From Anaeramoeba ignava BMAN (taxonomy: Eukaryota; Protista; Anaeramoebae), in the NCBI GenBank assembly GCA_028826165.1, contig JAPDFW010000054.1, positions 186,001 to 250,000 on the forward strand: a DNA stretch of 64,000 bases, in the 5' to 3' direction. Shown here one piece after another: positions 38,613 through 52,101 of this stretch. How positions within the stretch are numbered: the first letter of the stretch is position 1; every line of letters begins with the position of its first letter. Position numbers and translations under genes: made by a program. The notes beneath the pieces are model-generated. The model searched no databases and was not told where the DNA came from. It saw only the letters and a list, made by a program, of their open reading frames with translations.

Positions 38613-38931
38613 TATTATTGAATTTGTTATTGAATTTGTTTTTGTTATTGATTTTTTTGTTGATTTTTATTTTGTTACTTATACACGTGTAATACAGTTA
38701 ATTTTAATCCCTCTTTTTATTTTTAATTATTTTTTTCTTTTTATTTTTATTTTTAATTAAAAAAAATTTTTTTTTTTTTTTCCAAGTATTTAAGAAAATT
38801 TTTTTTTTATTTTTTTTCTTTTTCATTTTTATTTTTTTTAAATTTAAAAAAAAAAAAATAATAATTTAGATTTTATTTTTTTTCTTTCCAAAAAAAAAAA
38901 CAATAAACAAATTATAATTAAAAACAAAAAA

Positions 38932-40278
38932 ATGGATCTTCAAATGCTTTTAAATTTATTATCAGGAGGAGGACAAGAATCACATGATCATGGAAATGCA
39001 GTTGTAATTGAAAGTACATCACAATTTAATAAACAACTTAAAGACGCAGAAGATAAACTTGTTGCAGTTGATTGGTATGCTGGTAAGTTAAAATTAAAAT
39101 TAAATTATTTTTAAATTATTTTTATTTTTATTTTTATTTTTAATTATTTTTATTTATTAGACTGGGTAATTTTAATTTAAATTTTAATTTATTTATTCAA
39201 CAATCCAATTCTTATTTTTGCTTTTTTTTTTTTGCTATATTTTTTATTTTTGCTTTATTTGGATAATTTTAGTGCATGCCTTGCAAAGTAAATAATTAAA
39301 TTTTATTTTAATTTTTAATTTTAAATTTTAATTTTAATTTTTATATTTTATTTTAATTTTAATTTAATTAGATTATTTCTCCAGTTTTTATTGATCTTTC
39401 CAAAAAATACACAAATGTTGTTTTCTTAAAAGTTGATGTTGATCAGTAAGTTTTAATTTCTTTTAAAAAAATTTAATTTAAATTAAAAAATTAAATTAAA
39501 TTAAATTAAATTAAATTAAATAGATTTTCAGATCTTGCACAACGTTTTTCAATTAGAGCAATGCCAACATTTTCATTTATTAAAAGTAATTATTAATTTA
39601 TTAAATTTTTATATTTAAATTTTTATATTCAAATTTTTATATTTAAATTTTTATATTTAAATTTTTATATTTAAATTTTTATAGAGGAAAAGGAAGTTGA
39701 TTCATTTGCTGGTGCAGACCCAACAAAATTAGAAAAAACTATTATTCAATATGGTGGAAAAGTTGATCCAGATTTTGATAAAAAACAAAAAGAAGAAAAA
39801 GCAAAAAAAATTGAAAATCAAAAAAAAACTACATCAAAAGAAGATCATGGTGAAGTAGTTATTATTGAATCACAAGAAGAATTACATGATCTTTTCAAGA
39901 ACCGACCAGATAATTTATTTGTGATTGATTTCTATGCAGATTGGTGTGGACCATGGTAAATAACAAATTAGAAAATATTTATATTTAAAATATTTAAAAT
40001 ATTTAAAATATTTATATTTTTATTTATATTTTTATTTTATTAGCCGAAGAATGACTCCAGTTATTGTCAAATTATCAAAACAATACAAAGACAAAGTTAC
40101 TTTCGTTAAAGTTGATGCTGATATTCATTCAGATATTTGTGACCAATGTGATATTAGATCTCTTCCTACTTTCTGTTTTTTCAAATATGTTGATGGTGAA
40201 ATTCTTAAAGTTGATACAATGATTGGTGCTAATCCTTCTAAATTTGAACAATTAATTAGCAAACATTCTAAAAAATAA
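38932..40278 (+). CDS. Tandem two-domain thioredoxin (~270 aa; WCMPC and WCGPC); exons 38932-39082, 39161-39165, 39273-39287, 39372-39445, 39524-39585, 39685-39955, 40044-40278
   Basis: VDWYADWCMPCK..FLKVDVD..IRAMPTF..GAD and IDFYADWCGPCR..FVKVDAD..IRSLPTF..GAN after GT-AG splicing. Confidence 0.9.
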
Positions 40279-40421
40279 CTTGAAATTTCTTTTCAAATCT
40301 TCTTTTTTTCTTTTTTTTTGAATTCTTTTTCAATTCCACTTTTTTTTTTTCCAAATGATTTTCTTTCTTTTTAAAAAACAATAAAAGGAAAATTCAATTA
40401 TATTTCATTTATTTTTGTTAT

Positions 40422-41485
40422 TTAATCAAAATTCATTTCCATTTCATTTGATTTTTCATTTTTTTTAATAAGAGAAATTTCTAAAACTAAAAAAATAAAA
40501 ATTAAAATTAATTTTAAAATTAAAATTAAAATTCATTTTGAAATTAAAATTAAAATTAATTTCTTACTTCTTTCTTTTTTGTTTGGAAGAATTGCAAAAA
40601 AATAAAAACCAAGATAAACAGGAATTTGTTCAAAAATAAAATAATAAGCAACATCAAAAATATGATTTACTTTTTCGTTAATTTTATCATTAAAATCAAC
40701 AACAAGAAGAGCAATAAGTCGAAGAAAAAAAAGAAGAGTAATAAGAAAAAGAATGAAAATAAGCTTTTTAGATCCAGGAATGTAATCAATTAAATCAAAT
40801 TTCTTGAAAGTTCTAAGAAGAAAAAAAGTGAATAAAAAAAGTCCAAATCCACAAAGAAAATATAAAGAGGCAATAAAAATATAATATGCTTTTATAACTT
40901 TAAGAAGAAGAACTAATGAAACTATCAAAAGAACAATATTCAAAATAATCACAAGTACAATTAAAAATCTTCTTAATTTTGTATTTTGAATTGATTCTGG
41001 ATAAATACTTCTTCTTATATTTGCTCTATTTTGATTTTGATTTTAAAAAGAAAAGATCCAATTCCACTTTTTTTTTTTTTGCTTTTTTTTTTTCATAATA
41101 TAAAAATTTACACAGAAATTGTAATTGAAAAAAATGCTGCTAATAAAAATTGATTTGCAATTGAATAAAATACATCATAATCATCATTTTTTTGTATTTC
41201 TAATATTATGAAAAGAGATCCAATAATTTTTGCAAAAGAAAAAAACAAAATTAACCAAGAATAAACTTGATAAACCTTTTATAATTTTTTAATTTAATTT
41301 AATTTAATTTAAAATTTTAATTTAAAATTTGAATTTTTTAATTTTACTCTTAAATCAACTCTTTTTTTATTAATATTTCTTAAATAGGAAATAATAACTT
41401 TCCTTAAAACATAAACAGACATAAAAGCATATAAAACAATTAATATTGAATAACTTATTATTCTTTTTGTTTTGTCTGTTGTCAT
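40422..41485 (-). CDS. Multi-pass (~7 TM) membrane protein, THH1/TOM1/GPR137-like; 4 predicted exons
   Basis: Successive hydrophobic helices; LFFLRLI and YYFIFEQIP resemble TM6/TM7 of that family; GT-AG introns restore frame. Confidence 0.55.
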
Positions 41486-41703
41486 AATTATATTATTTAT
41501 AAATATTTTTAAATAAAATCAAAAAGGAAAAAAATGGAAAAAAATTTTTTTTTGAAAATTGATTTTATTTGAAAAGAAAAAGTAAAAAGAAAAAAAAAGG
41601 GAAATTGAACAAATTAAACAAAAAAAAAAAAAGTAATTCCGAATTGAAATCAAAACACTTAAAAGAAAGAAACAAACAAAATGAAACTTAATTAAAATTA
41701 TTA

Positions 41704-43125
41704 TTATTTTTGAAGAAGTTTTTGAGTTAATCTTTGAATTTCATTTTGAAAGTGATGAAGAGTAAGAAGTTCTTGTTGGAATTCAAATTTATCATCAGAA
41801 TCGGAATCAGAATCGGAATTGGAATTGGAATCAGAATTTGAATTTGAATCAGAATCGAAATGATTTTGCAATTCATTTTTTAATTCATTTTGTAATTCAT
41901 TTTCTAAATTATTTTTTTCAATTTGATTTTCTAAATTATTTTCTAATTGTTTTTCATTTTCTGATTCATTTTTTAATTCATTTTCTTTCTTAAGCGGACT
42001 ATTTTGGACTTCTTTTCTTGGTTGGTATTCAGGATTTGTGTAATTCTTCTTTTTATTTGAAACAACTTGAGAATATTCAGGTTGAACAGGTTTTTCTTTT
42101 GATTTTTTGATTTGATTTGAATATTCATTTGGAATATTTGAATCATCTTGATCGCAAACAGAAAGCTTTTCAAAATCAGTGGATAAATCAGTTTGAGATT
42201 TTTGGAGAATTTTTTGCTTTGCTTTATAAATCTGACTAATTTGATACAATTCTTGAATAAATTTTGGAGAAGACATACTAGTAAGCAAACTCAAGTCAAC
42301 CTGAGAAAACAAAGAATCAGGGACATTAGAATTATTATCGGGTAAGAAATCAAAAGGGTCGTTATTCTGGGGTTGAGTTTGCTGCTGGAAGACCTTGGCA
42401 AAGGCGTCGCGGATCTCGTTGTTCATAAAGGAGACGTTGCCCGAGTTTGTTGGTGTCGGCTCACGCGTTTTCCGGTATCGACCCAGTTTGTGTCGCAACT
42501 CCCGGTTCTGTTCTTTGAGACGCTCAAGTTCTGTCTGTGATTTCTTGCGCTCGTCAGATAGTGCTTCTACCTTTGCGCTTAAAACTATGTTGTTGATCGT
42601 GATCTTGCAGATCTCCTCCTCAATCACTTTGACATATTCTTCAACGCTTTCTGTTTGTACCATTGCGCGCAGGTTCTTTAGCGTTAGTTCTGATACTTGT
42701 TGCTCTAATATTGTCTTGTGATTCTCGTTCCATTTCTTGTTCAATTTTTGGGAATTTTTGTTTCTTTCTTTGTTTTGATTCGTTGTTTTTTCTTCTTTTG
42801 CCCGTTTTTTTCTTCTCACATTTCGTTTCCGTTGCTTTGGTGGTGTTGTATCAGAGGTGTCGAAGCTTGTTTGATTCGCCATTTCAAATCCTGACATCGG
42901 TGAAGTGTTAGGTGATGCTTGATTTGTTGGTTCTTTTATCCCTCTTTTTTCTTCGGTTTTTTCTTCATAATTTGCTCCTTTAATCCCAGTTTCGCTGAAT
43001 AAAGAATCGCTGTATTCGCTTTGTATGCTTAGTTCCTCTCCAAATGAATATGGTGAAGATAGAAATGATTCAGATTCAAAACTTGGATCAAAATCTATTG
43101 GTGATTCTGGTTCAAAAAATGTCAT
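41704..43125 (-). CDS. Uncharacterised coiled-coil protein with a basic NLS and a leucine-zipper-like segment
   Basis: 473-aa intronless ORF with raised GC; KQRKRNVRRKKR; heptad run EYVKVIEEEI...LERLKEQNRELRHKL. Confidence 0.75.
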   Translation of the reverse strand: MTFFEPESPIDFDPSFESESFLSSPYSFGEELSIQSEYSDSLFSETGIKGANYEEKTEEKRGIKEPTNQASPNTSPMSGFEMANQTSFDTSDTTPPKQRKRNVRRKKRAKEEKTTNQNKERNKNSQKLNKKWNENHKTILEQQVSELTLKNLRAMVQTESVEEYVKVIEEEICKITINNIVLSAKVEALSDERKKSQTELERLKEQNRELRHKLGRYRKTREPTPTNSGNVSFMNNEIRDAFAKVFQQQTQPQNNDPFDFLPDNNSNVPDSLFSQVDLSLLTSMSSPKFIQELYQISQIYKAKQKILQKSQTDLSTDFEKLSVCDQDDSNIPNEYSNQIKKSKEKPVQPEYSQVVSNKKKNYTNPEYQPRKEVQNSPLKKENELKNESENEKQLENNLENQIEKNNLENELQNELKNELQNHFDSDSNSNSDSNSNSDSDSDSDDKFEFQQELLTLHHFQNEIQRLTQKLLQK

Positions 43126-43339
43126 TCGTTTTTAATTAATTTAAAATTAAATTTAAAAAAAAAATAATATAATAATAAAATAATAATAGAAAAGAAAAAG
43201 AAAAGAAAAAAAATGAATTTTTGTTTTTATTTTTTTTTTATTTTAATTTAAAATAAAAATTTGTTTTTTTTGTTAATTCATTCGAGATTCTCTCTTTTTT
43301 AAGTTTTAAATAACAAAAAAATTTTTTAATTAAAGATCA

Positions 43340-46300
43340 ATAAAATAATAAAATTTCTTATTAATAATTAATTTAAATTTAATTTAGAATTATTAATAAA
43401 TATAATTTTATAAATAATTTATAAATAAATAATAAATTAAAATAGATTTAAATATTTATATAATATTAATTAATAATTTTATTTAATTTTTATTTAAATT
43501 TTTATTAATAATTAATTTAAATTTAATTTAGAATTATTAATAAATATAATTTTATAAATAATTTATAAATAATTTATAAATTAAAATAGATTTAAATATT
43601 TATATAATATTTATTAATAATTTTATTTAATTTTTTATTTAATTTTTAATTATAATTAATTTAAATTTAATTTAGAATTATCAATAAATATAATTTTATA
43701 AATAAATTTATAAATAAATATTAAATTAAAATAGATTTAAATATTTATATAATATTAATTAATAATTTTATTTAATTTTTATTAAATTTTTATTAATAAT
43801 TAATTTAAATTTAATTTAGAATTATTAATAAATATAATTTTATAAATAATTTATAAATAATTTATAAATTAAAATAGATTTAAATATTTATATAATATTT
43901 ATTAATAATTTTATTTAATTTTTATTTAATTTTTAATTATAATTAATTTAAATTTAATTTAGAATTATCAATAAATATAATTTTATAAATAAATTTATAA
44001 ATAAATATTAAATTAAAATAGATTTAAATATTTATATAATATTTATTAATAATTTTATTTAATTTTTATTTAATTTTTAATAATAATTAATTTAAATTTA
44101 ATTTAGAATTATTAGTAAATATAATTTTATAAATAATTTATAATTAAATAATAAATTAAAATAGATTTAAATATTTATATAATATTTATTAATAATTTTA
44201 TTTAATTTTTATTTAATTTTTATTAATAATTAATTTAAATTTATTTTAGAATTATTAATAAATATAATTTATAAATAATTTATAAATAATTAATAAATTA
44301 AAATAAATTTAAATATTTATATAATATTAATTAATAATTTTATTTAATTTTTTATTTAATTTTTTATTTATAATTAATTTATATTTAATTTAGAATTATT
44401 AATAAATATAATTTTATAAATAATTTATAATTAATTAATAAATTAAAATAGATTTAAATATTTAATATAATATTAATTAATAATTTTATTTAATTTTTAT
44501 TTAATTTTTAATAATTAATTTAAATTTAATTTAGAATTATTAATAAATATAATTATATAATTAATTTATAAATAAATATTAAATTAAAATAGATTTAAAT
44601 ATTTTATATAATATTTATTAATAATTTTATTTAATTTTTATTTAATTTCTTATTAATAATTAATTTAAATTTAATTTAGAATTATTAATAAATATAATTT
44701 TATAAATAATTTATAATTAAATAATAAATTAAAATAGATTTAAATATTTATATAATATTTATTAATAATTTTATTTAATTTTTATTTAATTTTTATTAAT
44801 AATTAATTTAAATTTAATTTAGAATTATTAATAAAAATATAATTTTATAATTAATTTATAAATAAATAATAAATTAAAAATAGATTTAAATATTTATATA
44901 ATATTAATTAATAATTTTATTTAATTTTTATTTAATTTTTATTTATAATTAATTTAAATTTAATTTAGAATTATTAATAAATATAATTTTATAATTAATT
45001 TTTATAATTAATTTATAAATTAAAATAGATTTAAATATTTATATAATATTAATTAATAATTTTATTTAATTTTTATTTAATTTTTTTATTTATAATTAAT
45101 TTAAATTTAATTTAGAATTATTAATAAATATAATTTTATAATTATTTTATAAATAATTTATAAATTAAAATAGATTTAAATATTTATATAATATTAATTA
45201 ATAATTTTTATTTAATTTTTATTTAATTTTTATTAATAATTAATTTAAATTTAATTTAGAATTATTAATAAATATAATTTTATAAATAATTTATAAATAA
45301 TTTATAAATTAAAATAGATTTAAATATTTATATAATATTAATTAATAATTTTATTTAATTTTTATTTAATTTTTATTTATAATTAATTTATATTTAATTT
45401 AGAATTATTAATAAATATAATTTTTAAATAAATTATAAATAATTTATAAATTAAAATAGATTTAAATATTTATATAATTTTATTTAATTATTTTATTTAA
45501 TTTTTATTTAATTTCTTAATAATAATTAATTTAAATTTAATTTAAATTATTAATAAATATAATTATATAATTAATTTATAAATAAATATTAAATTAAAAT
45601 AGATTTAAATATTTATATATAATATTAATTAATAATTTTATTTAATTTTTATTTAATTTCTTATTTATAATTAATTTAAATTTAATTTAGAATTATTAAT
45701 AAATATAATTTTTATAAATAATTTATAAATAAATAATAAATTAAAATAAATTTAAATATTTATATAATATTTATTAATAATTTTATTTAATTTTTATTTA
45801 ATTTTTATTAATAATTAATTTAAATTTATTTTAGAATTATTAATAAATATAATTTATAAATAATTTATAAATAATTAATAAATTAAAATAAATTTAAATA
45901 TTTATATAATATTAATTAATAATTTTATTTAATTTTTATTTAATTTTTATTTATAATTAATTTATATTTAATTTAGAATTATTAATAAATATAATTTTAT
46001 AAATAATTTATAATTAATTAATAAATTAAAATAGATTTAAATATTAATATAATATTAATTAATAATTTTATTTAATTTTTATTTAATTTTTATTTATAAT
46101 TAATTTAAATTTAATTTAGAATTATTAATAAATATAATTTTATAATTAATTTATAATTAATTTATAAATTAAAATAGATTTAAATATTTATATAATATTT
46201 ATCAATAATTTTATTTAATATTTTATTTAATTTCTTATTAATAATTAATTTAAATTTAATTTAGAATTATTAATAAATATAATTTTATAATTAATTTATA

Positions 46301-46876
46301 AATAATTTATAAATTAAAATAGATTTAATTATTTATATAATATTAATTAATAATTTTATTTAATTTTTATTTAATTTTTAATTATAATTAATTTAAATTT
46401 AATTTAGAATTATTAATAAATATAATTTTATAATTAATTTATAAATAATTTATAAATTAAAATAGATTTAAATATTTATATAATATTAATTAATAATTTT
46501 ATTTAATTTTTATTTAATTTTTATTTATAATTAATTTAAATTTAATTTAGAATTATTAATAAATATAATTTTATAATTATTTTATAAATAATTTATAAAT
46601 TAAAATAGATTTAAATATTTATATAATATTAATTAATAATTTTATTTAATTTTTTATTTAATTTTTTATTAATAATTAATTTAAATTTAATTTAGAATTA
46701 TTAATAAATATAATTTTATAAATAATTTATAAATAATTTATAAATTAAAATAGATTTAAATATTTATATAATATTAATTAATTATTAATAATTAATTTAA
46801 ATTTAATTTAGAATTATTAATAAATATAATTTATAAATAATTTATAATTAATTAATAAATTAAAATAGATTTAAAT
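43340..46876. repeat. Nearly pure-AT satellite, unit ~144 bp, about 24-25 copies
   Basis: TTTAGAATTATTAATAAA and TTAAAATAGATTTAAA recur every ~142-145 bp. Confidence 0.93.
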
Positions 46877-46921
46877 GAATTTGAAATTAAAATGGTTTTG
46901 AAATTTGTATTTAATTGTTTA

Positions 46922-49900
46922 TTAATCAGATTCAAAATCAGAATCTGAATGAAAATCTCTATTATGAGAGTTTTCACTTTGTTCAGTATCATCTTCTAAA
47001 CTCTCTAACTCCATTTGAGTATCATCAGAAAGATCTTCAATATTTGAATTAGAAACTTGAACATCATCAAGATTTGTATCATCATCATAAATTTCATCTT
47101 CATCATCATAAATTTCATCTTCATCAAAATCAACCTCTTCAAAATCAAAATCATCTTCATCAATATCATCAATATCATCTTCATCACCAACTTCAAAACC
47201 ATCAAAACCAGGCTCATCAAAATAATCATTTCCATAAATATCATCTCCATCTTCATCTTCATCTTCACTATTTGTTGATATTAAAAAATCATCATCTTCA
47301 ACAATAAAATCATTTTCATTATCACTTAATTCTGACTGTAAATTTTCTGAACCATCAGAAAAATATCTTCGATTCGATAAAGGCAAATCGGTAAAATTAT
47401 CACGATTTTTTTCTGTAAAATTGGGTTGGAAAGGAAATGAAAATCCTGAGTTTCCAATCTCAAAAAAAGAACAGCTTCGATCAAGATGCTGCTCTTGAAT
47501 AATCGCAATCCAATTATCCAAACTATTAACCTCAAGCGAATAAATATTTTTCACACCTGCAAATTTCAAATGATATAATTCATTGAAATTGTTCCCATCA
47601 TAAATTCCAATGCGTGATTCATTATTTTCAAATGCAAAATGACTTTCGTTATTATCATAATAACTATAAATAACACTTCCATCCGAATTAAACTTTAATT
47701 TTTGTTCATTTAGATACGAAACTTCGCGATAAATTTTAAAAGTTGAAAGATCCCAAACAATCCCTTGAATAAAAAGCAAATGCCCGTTTGGATGGAAACT
47801 TGCTTTCCACATGGGCTTCAATTGATCAAATTTATGAATAGGATTTGGTGAGCGAATATCAAATAAAAATCCATTTGAAAGAACAATATCATAAAAGGGA
47901 TGGAAAATAGCCTCATTTCGAACATAAAGTCTCTTGTCTTCAAAATTCATGATTTCTGTTCCTGTCTCAGTGCTGATTAACGAGGCTGTGTTGTTTGTAT
48001 CTGTGGCAACAATTTTACTTCCATCTTGATTAAAATGGCAAAATTTTTTATCAGGAAATTCCCAATGCAATACAATTCCTCCATCTGATTCTGGTGATAT
48101 CTCAAATAGCGAAAACATGGGAATCAAATCTCTTCCTGTTAGAAGCAATGAGTTTGTTGATATTGTTGGGCTCTTGATTTCCAGTGATGAAACTGGATGC
48201 ATAGGTTTCCATAAATTTATTTCATTCATATTTTCTAATGATATTATTTTGATTTCTCCTGATTCTGTCCCAACACAAACATTTGTTGGATCAGGATGAA
48301 AACATATCGAATTTGCTGAAAATTTTTCTTTTGGCGAATGTGCAATTAAATTTGTATAATAAAGTTGATTAATTTTTCGATTTGAATTTAAAGAAGAGAA
48401 ATCACTATTTTATTTTTTTAAAAGGAAAATTTAAAATAATGTTATTTGATTATTTGAGTATTTGTTTCTCTTACTTTAAAATCTCTTGATTTAAATAGAA
48501 ATCTAAACTATTTTTCGAATTAAATCGTCCAAATTGTTTGAAATGAAAATCTGGATCAATTTTCTTTTGAAATACAAAAGGAAGTGCCTCATCATCTTTC
48601 TGCATAGCTTTGTGCATATAATATTCATTTACTATTCCTTCAAGATTAATTTCTTGCGGTTCAATATCCAATTTCAATTCCAAATTTCCATCATAATTTT
48701 CATCATTCCCTATTCTATTGAGAAAATCTGCTTTTCTTTTTTGATTTCGAATTTTTGATTTCGATTCTTTAGTTGAAATATTCTTATTCCCTTCAACCTT
48801 TGAAGGTGTTTTCTTATGTTTTCTATCGTGAATTTGGGGTTTAGCATTTGAATTTCCTAAACTAGATATTTTTTTCGGAAATTCATTACCATTTTTCAAT
48901 TCAGATTCTGATAATAACTGTTTTGCAGTTGAATTTAATCCCTTTTGTGTTAAATAATTATAAACAAGCTTTAAAACATCTTTTTGAGAACATTGAACCT
49001 CTTCTTGTTTGCAAATTCTTGCTGCTTTTTCAATGTTTTTTTCAACTTTAGATTCTGTAGTAAAAAGAATTGAATGGAAAAAAAGTTGATTTTCAATTTT
49101 CAAATTTTTTGAATCGAGAAATAAATTAGATAATAATTGGCGGCGATATTTTTTAAATTCTTGTGAAAGTCCATAGTTTTTTGGAATCAGTGGCTCTTGA
49201 AGAATATCTGCTAAACGTGAACGAAACTTGATTTTTTTGAGAAAATTCCTTGCTTTTGGATAATATGAAATCCCCAATAAAGATTTCAAAGCAAACAAAC
49301 GAATACTTTCCGATTCTTTAGAATTCTCAGAAAAAATAATTTTCGCAAAAAGACATTTGATTGCTTGCTGTTCACAAGCTTCTTTCCATATCTGGGTTTG
49401 CAACCGTTTAATTTGCAACATTTGACGAGAAGTAAAGCATCCAGAATTTGAATATATTTGAAAATCAGGACGGTATAATAAATTCGCAAGTGTATCAAGA
49501 GCTGCTCTGATACGCAAATACTCAAAATCGATTTGCACATCCGCATGAGAAATGATTATTTTGATCAATGATAAATCTTTTTCCAATTTGGTCACAAAAA
49601 AATGCTTCAAAGTAGTAGGCACAAGAGATACCATTGAGAGAATAAAAAGGATAGTATTGATGATCTCGAGATGCGATGAGAAAAGTTCGTGTATCTCAAA
49701 TAGTACCTTTAATCCTCCTTCTTGAATAAACTTATTTATAGCCAAAAATCTTCCTTTTGAAAATAAAACAAAAGGATTTTCCTCTCTTAATTCAAAATAT
49801 CTTGAATGGAATGAATTGACTTCAATATCATTTTCATTCCGTTTCCTGATCTTCTCCTCTTGGCTTTTATTATCGCTGTTTCCGTGTTCTTCGTCATTTT

Positions 49901-51852
49901 TTTTCTGTTCATTCGAAAAAATTGTTTTGATATTCGAAATTTTCCCTTCTTGCAAATATTGTATATTTTTTTGCTTTGTTCGAATCATATAAATCGCAAT
50001 ACTCGAACTAAAATAATTCCCAATAATTTGCAGTAATATCCGTGAAATATTCGCTGTGTTTTTATTGTGTTGTTGAAGTGAGACAATAAACCGTAAGCTT
50101 GAAAGAACAACAGAAATTCCATTTTGTGAATCAAAAATATCAATAAATAACGAACAAAGAAACAATGACTTGAATCCATGCAGAAAAGATAAATTGATTT
50201 TTGTGTTTTTCTTTGATATTAGCCACAAGCCAAGTCCCATATATTCTCTTAAAACTCGATCAGAAAATTGGTGTCTTCTTTCAAAAATAATATCAATTGT
50301 AAACGAATATATTTTAGCTAGAATTAATCCATAAAAATCTATTCTTGGGATTGAAAGAAAAAGATCAATTCTTTCAGGATCTGTAAAATACATTTCAAAG
50401 TATGAATTCTCTAAGAAATCAAAAATGAATTTGAGAACTGATCCCATAAGAAATTTATGATTTTCAAAATGGCTTTTTTTTTCAATGAATTTAAGTGAAA
50501 TTTCAATTGAAGTATCTCGAAAAAATTCTATATTTTTTATTGAGCTTACAAGTTTTCCAAGAGAATAGAAAATACTTATAAGTTCTTTTTTGTTTAGATC
50601 AATTTTTATGTTTTTTGAATCAATTTCAATTTGATTTTGATTTTTTATTTGATTTTCAATTTGATTTTGATTTTTTATTTGGTTTTTTATTTGATTTTCA
50701 ATTTGATTTTGATTTTGATTTTTATTTTGGTTTTGAAATTGAAATTGATTTTCAATTTGATTTTCATTTTGATTTTGATTTTGAAATTGAAATTGAAATT
50801 GAAATTGATTTTTAATTTGATTTTGATTTTGATTTTGATTTTGATTTTGAAATTGAAATTGAAATTGATTTTGGTTTTCATTTTCATTTTCAATTTCAAT
50901 TTCATTTTGATTTTGATTTTGATTTTGATTTTTATTTTGATTTTGATTTTCAATTTGATTTTGATTTTGATTTTGATTTTGATTTTGATTTTGATTTTTA
51001 TTTTGATTTTGATTTTGATTTTGATTTTGATTTTGATTTTGATTTTGATTTTGATTTTGATTTTGATTTTGATTTTGATTTTGATTTTGATTTTGATTTT
51101 GATTTTGATTTTGATTTTGATTTTGATTTTGATTTTGATTTTGATTTTGATTTTGATTTTGATTTTGATTTTCAATTTGAAATTGATTTTGATTTTGATT
51201 TTCATTTTGATTTTCATTTTCATTTTGATTTTGATTTTCATTTTGATTTTGATTTTCAAAAAAAATATTTGAACAAAATTTCAATCTTTCTACAAGTTTA
51301 TTAACAATATCTTCTGTAATACTATCTTCTATAAAATCTATACTTTCCAAAAGTTTTACTAAAAGTTGAGTTGCATAAACTCTAAGAGGATTTTCTGCTT
51401 TTAAAATCCAATCTAAAATTTTATTTGATAAATGAAACTTAACAAATTTTTTTTGCTTAAATAAATCAATGGAAACAACAATTAAATGAGCAGCAGCTGT
51501 AATTAATTTCATATCATTTTCTTTTCGCAGAATTTCAAAAGCCTATTTAAAAAAAATATTTCAAATTAATTCAAAAATTTAAATCGAAAAAAAAATTATT
51601 CATTTCTTTTTTCTTTTTTCATTTCTTTTTTACTTGATTTAAAATTTTATTTTTTTTTGATTCTTGTAATATTGGATTATGTTGTGGATGTGTAAAGAAT
51701 GGATCATTTTTTATTATTTGAATTGATTTATTTCTTTTTTCAATTTCATTACTAAGTTTTTCAATTATTTTTATTTTTTCTGAAATTGAAACTGAATTTG
51801 ATTTTATTTTTTCAATTTCTTCTTTATTTAAAATATAATTATTTTTTAACAT
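46922..51852 (-). CDS. DCAF1: DCAF1/VprBP-like CRL4 substrate receptor (ARM-like, LisH, WD40, acidic tail); introns 51633-51543 and 48474-48405; frameshift near 48350
   Basis: N-terminal DPF..HP; LisH VLKLVYNYLTQKGLNSTAKQLLSE; WD40 segment VLSNGFLFDIRS..PIHKFD...FHPNG...VWDL.TF matches DCAF1; long D/E tail. Confidence 0.88.
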
Positions 51853-51914
51853 AAAAAAAAAATAAAAAATAAAGGAAAAAAATATTTTTTCATTTTTTTT
51901 TTCATTTTTTTTTT

Positions 51915-52100
51915 TAAAACAAAACACAAAAACAAAACAAAACACAAAACAAAACACACAAACACAAACACAAACAAACACAAAACACAAACACAAACAC
52001 AAAATAACAAACACATAAAGATAATAAAATAAAAAAGATAATAAAAACACAAAAACACAAAACACAAACACAAACAAAAACACAAACACAAACAAACACA
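51915..52100. repeat. (AAACAC/AAAAC)n tract between the divergent DCAF1 and ANK-BTB genes
   Basis: Directly visible. Confidence 0.85.
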
Positions 52101-52101
52101 A

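Noticed and set aside
42380-42860. Calling the coiled-coil gene a bZIP transcription factor
   Set aside because: The zipper-like heptads lack the adjacent N-x7-R/K basic-region signature
18470-51852. Inteins or mobile elements in conserved genes
   Set aside because: No C/S...HN intein ends, LAGLIDADG, reverse transcriptase or transposase motifs were seen; insertions are low-complexity repeats
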